NCBI GenBank assembly: GCA_013696385.1
Contig: JACCYR010000126.1
Coordinates: 1-26,717 of the forward strand
Direction: 5' to 3'
From: Acidobacteriota bacterium
GTDB taxonomy: Bacteria; Acidobacteriota; Blastocatellia; Pyrinomonadales; Pyrinomonadaceae
DNA length: 26,717 nucleotides
Position 1 is the first letter of the stretch. Each line of letters begins with the position of its first letter. A program made the translations under genes and the position numbers. Of this stretch, positions 1-8,552 are shown one piece after another. The notes beneath the pieces were generated by a model that saw nothing but the letters and a program-made list of their open reading frames with translations, made no database searches and had not been told where the DNA came from.

Positions 1-145
1 TTCGCATTGTCGTAGATTTTCCCGCGCCGTTTTCGCCCAAAATCGCAAATGTTTCGCCGCGCCGAACATTAAAACTAATATCGTCAACGGCGTGGAAGTC
101 GCCGAATTTCTTAAATACATTTTTTGCTTCAATAGCGAAATTCAT
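1..145 (-). CDS. ABC transporter ATP-binding protein, N-terminal part (runs off window start)
   Basis: Manual translation [48 protein letters not shown]; Walker [10 protein letters not shown] in typical ABC context. Not in ORF track. Confidence 0.92.
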   Translation of the reverse strand, partial: MNFAIEAKNVFKKFGDFHAVDDISFNVRRGETFAILGENGAGKSTTMR

Positions 146-257
146 TGATTTTGAGTTTCTAAATCAGATTGTTCGACGGCAGCAGTGCCAATCAAATTTT
201 CCTTTAGTTTCTCGAAAAGTTGGAAAAGAATAAGTTTTTCGGTTTCGGTAAAAGTCA

Positions 258-287
258 ATCATAATTTTTCGGCAAATTAATTGTCAA
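258..287 (-). promoter_or_regulatory. sigma70-type promoter for the ABC ATPase gene
   Basis: Minus strand TTGACA (287-282), 18-nt spacer, TATGAT (263-258). Confidence 0.6.
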
Positions 288-333
288 TTTTTACAGAATT
301 TATATTTTTTTTGAAATGTATTAAAATTTCAAC

Positions 334-741
334 ATGGAAAAACAAGTAAAAGATTTTGAGAACAAAATTATATTATTAAAAGAAGCGCGCCTTCAGCTGT
401 TAAAGTTACATAAACTTCTGGTTGATATTGAAAGAGAAAATTATGAAAAAGGCAACGGTCAAATAACAAGCGGACAATTTCTGAACCTTTTGTTGAATGA
501 AAAGAACTTTGCCTGGCTGAGAAAATTTTCAACCTTGATTGTCGAGATTGATGAAATGCTGGATTTAAGCGACGGTTACACGGAAAGTATGATTGAAAAG
601 CAATTTTCTCAGATGCGAAATTTGCTTGATTTGAAAAATGCCGACCAAGACTTCAAAACAAAATATCAAAGGGTTTTGCAGAATAATTCCGAAGTTACGG
701 GAAAACATGGCGAGCTGAAAAATCTTTTAGCGAACAAATAA
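334..741 (+). CDS. hypothetical helical protein (135 aa)
   Basis: Clean ORF filling the gap, amphipathic helical composition, followed by a terminator hairpin; no motif recognised. Confidence 0.75.
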   Translation: MEKQVKDFENKIILLKEARLQLLKLHKLLVDIERENYEKGNGQITSGQFLNLLLNEKNFAWLRKFSTLIVEIDEMLDLSDGYTESMIEKQFSQMRNLLDLKNADQDFKTKYQRVLQNNSEVTGKHGELKNLLANK

Positions 742-770
742 AAAGGCGTGGACACCGACACGCCCTTTTA
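741..770. terminator. bidirectional intrinsic terminator between convergent genes
   Basis: AAAA-GGCGTG-(8 nt)-CACGCC-CTTTT: GC stem flanked by A and T tracts. Confidence 0.7.
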
Positions 771-789
771 CATCTATGATTTGAAAAAA

Positions 790-1440
790 TTATTTTCTAC
801 CACTTTTCTTCCAGTCATCCAAAAATGAGTTTAAGCCTTTGTCGGTCAAAGGATGTTGGATGAGCTGACTAAGCACTTTAAAGGGAACGGTCGCCACGTC
901 TGCGCCTGCCAGAGCGCAATCAACAATGTGTATCGGATGGCGAATGCTTGCTGCCAAAACTTCGGTTTCAAATCCGTAGTTTTCATAAATCTGGATAATA
1001 TCACGAATAAGCTGCATACCGTTTTCTGAAATATCGTCAAGCCGTCCGATAAACGGAGAAATATAACTCGCGCCTGCCTTTGCTGCAAGAAGTGCTTGGG
1101 AAGCCGAGAAACAGAGCGTTACATTAACCTTTGTGCCTTCATCGCGGAAAGTGCGGGTTGCTTTTAAACCATCCCAAGTTAGTGGACATTTGACAACAAC
1201 GTTAGGCGCGATTTTCGCTAATTCGCGTCCTTGTTTTAACATTCCTTTAGTGTCCAAAGCCGTAACTTCCGCCGAAACATCGCCTTTAATAATCTCGCAA
1301 ATCTCAGCAATTCGTTTATTAAAATCAACATCGCCTTCTTTTGCCACCAATGATGGATTAGTTGTTACTCCATCAATCAAACCAAGTTCGTTGGCTTCTT
1401 TAATTTCATCTAAATTTGCCGTATCAATAAAAAACTTCAC
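790..1440 (-). CDS. tal: transaldolase (small TalC/FSA-fold family)
   Basis: [20 protein letters not shown] (Schiff-base Lys). SAEVT (Glu) and YISPFIGR (Phe) are the transaldolase rather than FSA (Gln/Tyr) signature. GTG start with AGGAG SD. Confidence 0.92.
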   Translation of the reverse strand: MKFFIDTANLDEIKEANELGLIDGVTTNPSLVAKEGDVDFNKRIAEICEIIKGDVSAEVTALDTKGMLKQGRELAKIAPNVVVKCPLTWDGLKATRTFRDEGTKVNVTLCFSASQALLAAKAGASYISPFIGRLDDISENGMQLIRDIIQIYENYGFETEVLAASIRHPIHIVDCALAGADVATVPFKVLSQLIQHPLTDKGLNSFLDDWKKSGRK

Positions 1441-1464
1441 TGTATTTCTCCTTTTAAATTTGTT

Positions 1465-1965
1465 TTATTTGTTTGGAACTATACTCAATAATAGATTGAT
1501 TGCCAGAATAACCAAACTCGTAATAGCAAAACTTTTGTTTTTTCCGTATTTCAACGCAATAATACTTGAAATAGCTCCACTAATCAATAAAAGTAACCAA
1601 ACAATAAAATGACTCGATGTTAGAAAACTAATTGTGTTGTTGTAAGTGCTATTGTTCAGATAAAGCCATTGCCAATAATTATGCGTTAGAGCCAACACAA
1701 TCGGCGCAATCTCAATAATTTTAAAACCTTGATGAGTTACTTTTTCTTTGATGTTGGTGAGCTTATTTGTATCTTTGGTTTGTAAAATTGTTTCATTTGA
1801 AGTTTTAAATTCAATCGGCGATTGGTTTGGAAAATTATTCAAAACTGCGGTCTTGGCAATTGTTGGATTATTTTTTGCCGATAAAATTAACCGCGTTCCG
1901 TCTTCGAGGCAAAATTCAAGCGTATCATCAGGATAATCAACATTGCATTTCGGACAGTGTTTCAT
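1465..1965 (-). CDS. zinc-ribbon-like N-terminal domain membrane protein
   Basis: MKHCPKCNVDYPDDTLEFCLEDGTRL, a low-complexity N/T/Q linker, then about 3 hydrophobic helices. ATG at 1965 overlaps the upstream TGA (TGATG). Confidence 0.75.
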   Translation of the reverse strand: MKHCPKCNVDYPDDTLEFCLEDGTRLILSAKNNPTIAKTAVLNNFPNQSPIEFKTSNETILQTKDTNKLTNIKEKVTHQGFKIIEIAPIVLALTHNYWQWLYLNNSTYNNTISFLTSSHFIVWLLLLISGAISSIIALKYGKNKSFAITSLVILAINLLLSIVPNK

Positions 1966-2741
1966 CAATTTAATTTTTTTACCGGATTTCTTAAAGTTCC
2001 GATCCCTTCAATTTCAACCTCAACTAAATCGCCGTCATTTAGTTTTGAAACTCCCGAAGGCGTTCCTGTGGCAATAATATCGCCGGCATTTAAAGTCATC
2101 TGATTTGAAATATATCTTATCAAAAATGGAACAGGGAAAACCATCTGCGAAGTTCGTCCGTCTTGTTTAATCACGCCGTTGACTTTGGTTATAACGCGAA
2201 TGTCCGCAACGTCCAATTCGGTTTCGATAAACGCGCCAATCGGACAAAAAGTATCAAATGATTTGGCGCGGGTGAACTGAATATCTTGGCGTTGTAAATC
2301 TCTTGCGGTAACATCATTTAAGCAAGTGTAACCAAAAATATATTCAAGCGGATTATTATCTTCGGATAAGTTTTTACAACTGCGTCCGATAACGACGGCA
2401 AGTTCGCCTTCATGTTCAACTTGGTTTGACTGTTCGGGAATAATAATCGCTTCGCCTTCGGTAATAATCGAAGATGGTGCTTTTAGAAAGAGAAGCGGTT
2501 CTTTCGGAACTTCGTTGCCGAGTTCGGCGGCGTGTTCGGCGTAATTGCGCCCGACGCAGACGATTTTTGAAGGCGAAGCGGGCGGAAGAAATTTTACGTT
2601 TTCAATCCTCGTGTGTTTGGTTAATTTGACCGCGCTGCTTGGCTGATTTATATCCTCTAAATCATCAAGCGGAAAAATCGAATCATTATTTACTGCTCCC
2701 CAATGTTTTTCGTTTTTATATTCAAAATGGCAAAGTTTCAT
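1965..2741 (-). CDS. fumarylacetoacetate hydrolase (FAH) family protein
   Basis: KIVCVGRNYAEH, FLKAPSS, EHEGELAVVIG, NDVTARD, RAKSFDTFCPIG, IATGTPSG. Start moved to ATG 2741 (MKLCHF), 5 nt after the upstream stop. Confidence 0.93.
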   Translation of the reverse strand: MKLCHFEYKNEKHWGAVNNDSIFPLDDLEDINQPSSAVKLTKHTRIENVKFLPPASPSKIVCVGRNYAEHAAELGNEVPKEPLLFLKAPSSIITEGEAIIIPEQSNQVEHEGELAVVIGRSCKNLSEDNNPLEYIFGYTCLNDVTARDLQRQDIQFTRAKSFDTFCPIGAFIETELDVADIRVITKVNGVIKQDGRTSQMVFPVPFLIRYISNQMTLNAGDIIATGTPSGVSKLNDGDLVEVEIEGIGTLRNPVKKLN

Positions 2742-2746
2742 AAATT

Positions 2747-3850
2747 TTACGGTGCTGTTTCGGACACGATTTCCGAAGGTTGGCTCGTATTTCCTGCGGT
2801 GTCGGTAGCGGTCAAATAAAAATAATAAGTTTTGCCAGATTCGACCTTCACGTCCTGAAAAGTGTTGGTCGTCAAAAGTTCTGGCATTAAGTTTTGCCAT
2901 TCGGACAACGGCAAATTTTTGTTCGTCGAACGATAAATCTGATAACCGGCGATGTCTTTTTCTGGATTGGTAGCGAAAAAGATTGATAAATTATTGGGTG
3001 CGGCAGCAATTGTAATTGCGCTCGGCGGACTCGGCGGGAAAATGTCTTTTGGCAAAATTTTGACGATGTTTGATTCCAGACTTTCGACAGGTTCGCCGTT
3101 ACTTCCCAACGAAACTGTCCGCGCAAAATAAAAATAATCTTTGCCGAATTCAAAGAATTTATCGACAAATTCCGTTTGAGTAATCGGCGTTTCATTCAAA
3201 AGTTTTGCCGTTTCTTTTTCCGAAATCGAGCGATAGATATTGTATCCAAGAATGTTTGCGGGTTTAGAGCCGTCAACATTTGTGTTAGGCGCATTCCAAT
3301 CCAAAATAATCGCGGGTTCGGTAATTTTTGCTGAAAGAAAAGTCGGAGCATCAGCAATTTTCGCCGTCGGTTCAATCAAAAGAAAATTTGAAAAAGCCGC
3401 TTTTTGTCCCGAAGCGTTGACGAAACGAATCGCATAACGAAGACGCACAGGTTGCCCCGCAAATTCGAGCGTATCTGTATAACTTGTTTTCTTTAGACCA
3501 AAATCGGCATCGGTTATCGGCAAAGTCGCAATCAAAGTGCTGCGAGAAGCAAACTCTTCTTCTGAAAGCGTTAGTGCTGAGTTCAGAGGTTCGGCTAATC
3601 GATAAATGTCGGCACGGTCAATGTTTAAGCTACTTCTATCGGGCGCGTTGCGAGCAGGCATTATCCACGTCAGATTAACTTTGTTGCCGCGCTGAAAGCC
3701 TGAAATCTCCACTCTTTGCGATACTCTTTCAATTGGCGGTAGCGGCGGCTTACGTTTTCCGCAACTTAAACAGATAAGCAAAGCAAACATTATAAACGCT
3801 AATGCTGCTTTTTTGTTTTCTATTTTGTTTAATTTGAAATGCTTAAGCAT
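2747..3850 (-). CDS. lipoprotein with fibronectin type III repeats
   Basis: Basic N-region, hydrophobic core, lipobox CLS-C then GKRKPPLPP; Fn3-like motifs (LTW, GYNIYRS, GYQIYRS, YYFYLTATD.AGN.S.PS). Confidence 0.8.
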   Translation of the reverse strand: MLKHFKLNKIENKKAALAFIMFALLICLSCGKRKPPLPPIERVSQRVEISGFQRGNKVNLTWIMPARNAPDRSSLNIDRADIYRLAEPLNSALTLSEEEFASRSTLIATLPITDADFGLKKTSYTDTLEFAGQPVRLRYAIRFVNASGQKAAFSNFLLIEPTAKIADAPTFLSAKITEPAIILDWNAPNTNVDGSKPANILGYNIYRSISEKETAKLLNETPITQTEFVDKFFEFGKDYFYFARTVSLGSNGEPVESLESNIVKILPKDIFPPSPPSAITIAAAPNNLSIFFATNPEKDIAGYQIYRSTNKNLPLSEWQNLMPELLTTNTFQDVKVESGKTYYFYLTATDTAGNTSQPSEIVSETAP

Positions 3851-3871
3851 TATGTTTAATAACTGTTTAAT

Positions 3872-5278
3872 TTACAAAACATATTGTCTGAGATTTTGGT
3901 CTTTTACAAGTTCCTCAAGTTTGTCTTTGACGTATTTGGAATCGAGAGTTTGGTTTTTGTTTTCAAGTTCACTGCCGAGAAAACTTATTTCTTCCAACAG
4001 TTTTTCTAAAAGCGTGTGAAGTCGCCGCGCTCCAATGTCTTCGGTAGTTTTATTGATATTAACGGTCATTTCGGCAAGCGTTGTAATGGCACCTTCGGTG
4101 AACTCAAGATTAATCTCTTCCGTTTTAAGCAGTGCTTGATATTGCTTAATAAGCGAATTCTTAGGCTGTATAAGTATGCGCTTAAAATCATCCAAAGTTA
4201 AGGACTCAAGTTCAACCCGAATTGGAAAACGCCCCTGCATTTCGGGAATTAAATCCGAAGGCTTAGAAACGTGAAACGCGCCCGCCGCAATAAACAAAAT
4301 GTGTTCGGTATTAACCATTCCGTAACGTGTGTTAACGGTTGTGCCTTCGACAATCGGGAGCAAATCTCGCTGAACACCTTCGCGGGAAACGTCCGGGCTT
4401 CCTGAATCGGATTCGCGCCCCGCAATTTTATCCATTTCGTCAAGAAAAATAATTCCCGAATTTTCGAGACTTTCAATTGCTTGGCGCGTTATCTGCTCCA
4501 TATCAATCAAATTTTCCTGTTCATCACGAAGCAGATAAGTTTTTGCTTCAGCGATTTTTATTTTGCGACGGACAGTTTTCGCCGGAAACAAATTTCCCAT
4601 CATATCGCGCAAATTTACGCCCATTTCTTCCATTCCCTGACCGCCAACAAAATCAATCATCGCGTTGGAACGGTCTTGCGTCTCAATTTCAATCAAACGG
4701 TTGTCGAGTTCGCCCCGGCGAAGCTGTTCACGGAGTTTTTCTCGTGTTCTGGTCGGTTGCGTTTTTTCTTCCAAATCTAACGAATTATTATCGTCGAAAC
4801 TATATATATTGGAAGACGGAAGCAAAATATCGAGAATTTTTTCTTCAACATTTTGTTCAGCACTTTCGAGAATCTCTTCATATGCGGCTTGTTTGGTCAT
4901 ATCAACCGCCACATCGGTCAATTCGCGTATCATACTTTCGACATCGCGCCCGACATAACCGACTTCGGTAAATTTCGAGGCTTCGATTTTAATAAATGGC
5001 GAATTTGCCAGCCGCGCCAGCCGCCGCGCAATTTCGGTTTTCCCAACTCCCGTCGAACCAATCATCAGAATGTTTTTCGGCAGAACATCCCGCGCAATTT
5101 CGGACGGCAGCTTTTGTCGGCGAATACGGTTGCGGAGCGCGACGGCAACTGCACGTTTGGCGTTTGCCTGTCCGACCACATATTTATCCAGTTCTGCGAC
5201 AATCTGACGCGGCGTTAAATCATCTAATTTTAGTTTTGGCACAGTTTTCTTTATCTCGCCACTCAAATAGATAGGCAT
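3872..5278 (-). CDS. hslU: ATP-dependent protease ATPase subunit HslU
   Basis: LTPRQIVAELDKYVVGQ, Walker A GSTGVGKT, pore loop GYVG, Walker B IFLDEMDK, GVQRDLLP, GARRLHT. Confidence 0.98.
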   Translation of the reverse strand: MPIYLSGEIKKTVPKLKLDDLTPRQIVAELDKYVVGQANAKRAVAVALRNRIRRQKLPSEIARDVLPKNILMIGSTGVGKTEIARRLARLANSPFIKIEASKFTEVGYVGRDVESMIRELTDVAVDMTKQAAYEEILESAEQNVEEKILDILLPSSNIYSFDDNNSLDLEEKTQPTRTREKLREQLRRGELDNRLIEIETQDRSNAMIDFVGGQGMEEMGVNLRDMMGNLFPAKTVRRKIKIAEAKTYLLRDEQENLIDMEQITRQAIESLENSGIIFLDEMDKIAGRESDSGSPDVSREGVQRDLLPIVEGTTVNTRYGMVNTEHILFIAAGAFHVSKPSDLIPEMQGRFPIRVELESLTLDDFKRILIQPKNSLIKQYQALLKTEEINLEFTEGAITTLAEMTVNINKTTEDIGARRLHTLLEKLLEEISFLGSELENKNQTLDSKYVKDKLEELVKDQNLRQYVL

Positions 5279-5300
5279 CTTTTTGTAAAAAAAATTTGTC

Positions 5301-5846
5301 TTAAATTTCTTCGATAATTATATCAGAGTTTGTATAAATGCAGATTTCACCTGCGATTTTTAACGATTCCTGCGCTATTTCTTTCGCGGAAAGTTCGGTG
5401 TGTTTCATCAACGCACGGGCGGCGGCAAGCGCAAACATGCTGCCTGAACCGACTGAAAGCATTCCTTCGTCAGAAGAAATGACATCGCCTTTGCCCGAAA
5501 TTAAAAACGCATCGGTTTTGTCAGCAACAATTAAGAGAGCTTCCAAATGGCGCAAGTATTTATCCGTTCGCCAATCTTTGCTCAACTCGATCGCGGCGCG
5601 TTCAAGTTGCCCTTGATATTGTTCGAGTTTTGCCTCAAATTTTGACAAAAGCGAAAAAGCATCGGCGGTTGCACCGGCGAAACCAACCAAAACATTATCA
5701 TTGTAAATCCGCCGCACTTTGCGGGCATTTCCTTTGATAATTGTTTCGCCGAGCGTAACCTGACCATCGCCAGCCATTGCAATTTGCTCATTACGGCGCA
5801 CTAATAAAACGGTTGTCGAGCGTATTTTTCCAAAATCTTGTTTCAT
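5301..5846 (-). CDS. hslV: ATP-dependent protease subunit HslV
   Basis: Short propeptide then catalytic TT(VL), [26 protein letters not shown]. Confidence 0.98.
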   Translation of the reverse strand: MKQDFGKIRSTTVLLVRRNEQIAMAGDGQVTLGETIIKGNARKVRRIYNDNVLVGFAGATADAFSLLSKFEAKLEQYQGQLERAAIELSKDWRTDKYLRHLEALLIVADKTDAFLISGKGDVISSDEGMLSVGSGSMFALAAARALMKHTELSAKEIAQESLKIAGEICIYTNSDIIIEEI

Positions 5847-5856
5847 AAAAACTTTA

Positions 5857-5885
5857 ATGATAAATCTTTAAATTGAAATGCTCAA
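5857..5885 (-). promoter_or_regulatory. candidate sigma70 promoter immediately upstream of hslV
   Basis: Minus strand TTGAGC (5885-5880), 17-nt spacer, TATCAT (5862-5857); only 10 nt to the ATG and no SD. Confidence 0.45.
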
Positions 5886-5926
5886 ATTGACAGATGCCAA
5901 CAATTTGTTTGAACATTGTAAAGTTT

Positions 5927-6673
5927 ATGAAAAGAAGACCAAGAATCGGATTGACAATGCGGCTAGAAATCGAAACCCGACGTTTTTATCTCGGACGCGA
6001 TTATTGCGAGGCTTTGGAAGCGTTCGGGGCAATTCCGTTTCATATTTGTTTGATTCCCGATAAAAATTATATTGGCGAGGCATTGCAAAATTTAGACGGC
6101 ATTTTACTTCCCGGATGCAATTCCGATGTTGACCCGCTTCGCTACGGCGAAGAACCGCATCCAAAATTAGGAGGCGTTATTCCCGAAAAAGACGAAACCG
6201 ATTTGCTAGTTTTGGCGGAAGCCGAAAGATTAAAAATACCCATTTTGGCAATTTGTTTCGGTATGCAGATACTAAATGTTTTTCGCGGGGGAACACTTTT
6301 TCAAGACATCGAAAGTCAAGTTCCGAATTGTATAAAACATGAACAAGGTATTCCGCAGGGAAGGAATTCGCATAGCATTAAAATAGAAGTAGAAAGTTTT
6401 TTAGCGCGTCTGATAACGAAAGAAGATGGGGAAGGAAATGTTAGAATAAATTCTTCACACCATCAAGCAGTCAAAAAAGTAGGGAATAAGTTAAAAGCGA
6501 CGGCGTGGGCAAAAGATGGAGTGGTTGAGTGCATCGAAGATGCGCGGGAAGGTAGATTTAATTTCGGTGTTCAATGGCATCCTGAACTTTCTTGGAGGAC
6601 TGATAAACTTTCAAAGAAAATATTTGACATATTTATTGAATCCAGCGTGAAATATGCTAAAGGAAAACATTAA
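5927..6673 (+). CDS. peptidase C26 / gamma-glutamyl-gamma-aminobutyrate hydrolase (PuuD-like) family, class I glutamine amidotransferase fold
   Basis: RPRIGLT, LDGILLPG..DVDP..YGE, nucleophile elbow LAICFGMQ, NS.HHQAV, GVQWHPE. Start set at ATG 5927 (MKRRPRIG). Confidence 0.9.
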   Translation: MKRRPRIGLTMRLEIETRRFYLGRDYCEALEAFGAIPFHICLIPDKNYIGEALQNLDGILLPGCNSDVDPLRYGEEPHPKLGGVIPEKDETDLLVLAEAERLKIPILAICFGMQILNVFRGGTLFQDIESQVPNCIKHEQGIPQGRNSHSIKIEVESFLARLITKEDGEGNVRINSSHHQAVKKVGNKLKATAWAKDGVVECIEDAREGRFNFGVQWHPELSWRTDKLSKKIFDIFIESSVKYAKGKH

Positions 6674-6682
6674 GAATTAATT

Positions 6683-7870
6683 ATGGCAAGACCTCAACGT
6701 AAAGCAGTTAAACTAGGTTTAGAAAAAATTTTAGACGAACAAATAAATCTTCTAAAAGGTTTGCGTATTGGGCTGATTTGTAATCCGGCTTCGGTTAATC
6801 ATCAGTTTCAACACGCGGCTGATTTGTTTTACGCAAATCCAAACATAAATTTAATCACGCTCTTTGGACCACAACACGGAATTCGCGGCGATGTGCAGGA
6901 TAATATGATAGAGACATCTCATATCACTGACAGCCAGACCGAAATACCGATTTATTCTTTGTATAGTGAAACACGCCAGCCAACCGAAGAAATGCTCTTA
7001 GGTTTAGATGCTTTAGTATTTGATTTACAAGATGTTGGCTGTCGCGTTTATACTTTTATTTACACGATGGCTAATTGTATGCGAGCCTGTGGCAAATACG
7101 GAAAAAAGATGTTTGTGCTTGATCGTCCAAATCCGATAAACGGTTTAGATATTGAAGGGAATTTATTAGAATTAGGTCATGAATCATTTGTTGGCATGTA
7201 TCCAATTCCGATGCGGCATGGATTGACAGTCGGCGAACTTGCGAAATTATTCAACACTGATTTTGAACTTCATTGTGATCTAGAAATTATAGCTATGGAT
7301 GGTTGGAATAGGGAAGATTATTATGATGAGACAGATGCGCCTTGGGTAATGCCATCGCCGAATATGCCAACGATTGATACCGCAGTTGTTTTTCCTGCCA
7401 CCGTTTATTTTGAAGGAACACAAATTTCGGAAGGGCGCGGAACAACTCGACCTTTTGAGATTGTCGGGGCATCTTATATCAATGCTCAAGAGTATGCCGA
7501 TGCTCTGACATTACTTGAACTGTCAGGCGTTATCTTCCAACCAATAAGTGTTTTACCGACATTTCAAAAATTTGCAGGTGAAAATTGTGGTGGCGTTTTT
7601 TTACATATTACGGATAGGAAAGCATTTGAACCTGTGATAACAGGTTTGGCAATGATAAAAACTGTATTTAACTTGTATCCAAACTATTTCAAATGGAAAA
7701 ATCCGCCGTATGAATATGTTTATGACCGTAATCCATTTGACGTTATTGCGGGATCAACAAAAATTAGAGAGTTTATTGAGCAAGGAAAAACGATAAACGA
7801 AATAAAAATGTTTTGGCAGAAAGATGTCAAAGAATTTTATAGAACGAGAAAGGAATACTTGCTCTATTAA
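6683..7870 (+). CDS. namZ: DUF1343 exo-beta-N-acetylmuramidase NamZ family
   Basis: IGLICNPAS, LFGPQHGIRG, YSLY, FDLQDVGCRVYTFIYTM, VLDRPNP, P.RHGLTVGELA, WVMPSPNMPT, EGRGTTRPFE. Confidence 0.92.
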   Translation: MARPQRKAVKLGLEKILDEQINLLKGLRIGLICNPASVNHQFQHAADLFYANPNINLITLFGPQHGIRGDVQDNMIETSHITDSQTEIPIYSLYSETRQPTEEMLLGLDALVFDLQDVGCRVYTFIYTMANCMRACGKYGKKMFVLDRPNPINGLDIEGNLLELGHESFVGMYPIPMRHGLTVGELAKLFNTDFELHCDLEIIAMDGWNREDYYDETDAPWVMPSPNMPTIDTAVVFPATVYFEGTQISEGRGTTRPFEIVGASYINAQEYADALTLLELSGVIFQPISVLPTFQKFAGENCGGVFLHITDRKAFEPVITGLAMIKTVFNLYPNYFKWKNPPYEYVYDRNPFDVIAGSTKIREFIEQGKTINEIKMFWQKDVKEFYRTRKEYLLY

Positions 7871-7998
7871 AGTTAAAAAGCTTTAGGAAAACACAAACCT
7901 AATAAAAGTAATAATTTACTAAGGTAAATCTTGAATTTGATCGAATGGTCAGCATACCAACAGTTAAAGTTATTATTAAAGTAATCGAGGCATAAAAA

Positions 7999-8379
7999 AT
8001 GAATAATCCGTTTCTTATCGGAATAATTTCTTGGCTACTTCCGGGTGTCGGGCATCTGATACAAAGACGTTTGGCGCGCGGTCTAATTATTGGAGTCGTT
8101 ATTTGGACAATGTTTATTATCGCCATTATTAGCGGCGGCGCATATTATCCCGGATTTGATTTTAAAGACGGGGCGTTGCTTTATTTACTGAATATTTTTG
8201 CGCGATTTGGAAATGGTCTAGGTGCGTTTATCAGCTTTTTCTTGTCGGCAAGTCCACCGCCGAAGGTTGCATCTTGGGCAACTTTTGAATATGGCGGAAG
8301 ATTTTTAGAGATCGCGGGTTTGCTTAATTATTTAGCGGTACTTGATGCAGTTGACATTTATCTAGGGAGGAAAAAATGA
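7999..8379 (+). CDS. membrane protein (DUF6677-like)
   Basis: SWLLPGVGHL...RGL start and GLLNYLAVLDA end resemble DUF6677; about 3 TM helices; GAGG SD. Confidence 0.7.
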   Translation: MNNPFLIGIISWLLPGVGHLIQRRLARGLIIGVVIWTMFIIAIISGGAYYPGFDFKDGALLYLLNIFARFGNGLGAFISFFLSASPPPKVASWATFEYGGRFLEIAGLLNYLAVLDAVDIYLGRKK

Positions 8380-8546
8380 TTCACTTTCTATTTTTGGTCG
8401 GTTTTGCTTTTTTTGTGTCGGTTGCATTTGGCGTATTTGCGTCTGGAAGTGAAAGGGAAAAGGCAATTTACGGAGCAAAAGTTTTTGCACAATTTATTAT
8501 TATTAGTTTAGTTTTGGCGTGGATTTTTTATTTTATTCCTTGGTAA
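8376..8546 (+). CDS. small two-TM membrane protein (56 aa), not in ORF track
   Basis: Manual translation MIHFLFLVGFAFFVSVAFGVFASGSEREKAIYGAKVFAQFIIISLVLAWIFYFIPW; ATGA overlap with the upstream stop; ends 6 nt before recO. Confidence 0.8.
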   Translation: MIHFLFLVGFAFFVSVAFGVFASGSEREKAIYGAKVFAQFIIISLVLAWIFYFIPW

Positions 8547-8552
8547 TTGTAA

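Noticed and set aside
2742-2900. 53-aa N-terminal extension of the FAH ORF
   Set aside because: It overlaps the lipoprotein 3' end; family-like sequence begins at MKLCHF (2741).
5847-5926. CIRCE/HrcA or sigma32 heat-shock element at hslV
   Set aside because: No TTAGCACTC-N9-GAGTGCTAA and no CCCCAT -10 element seen.
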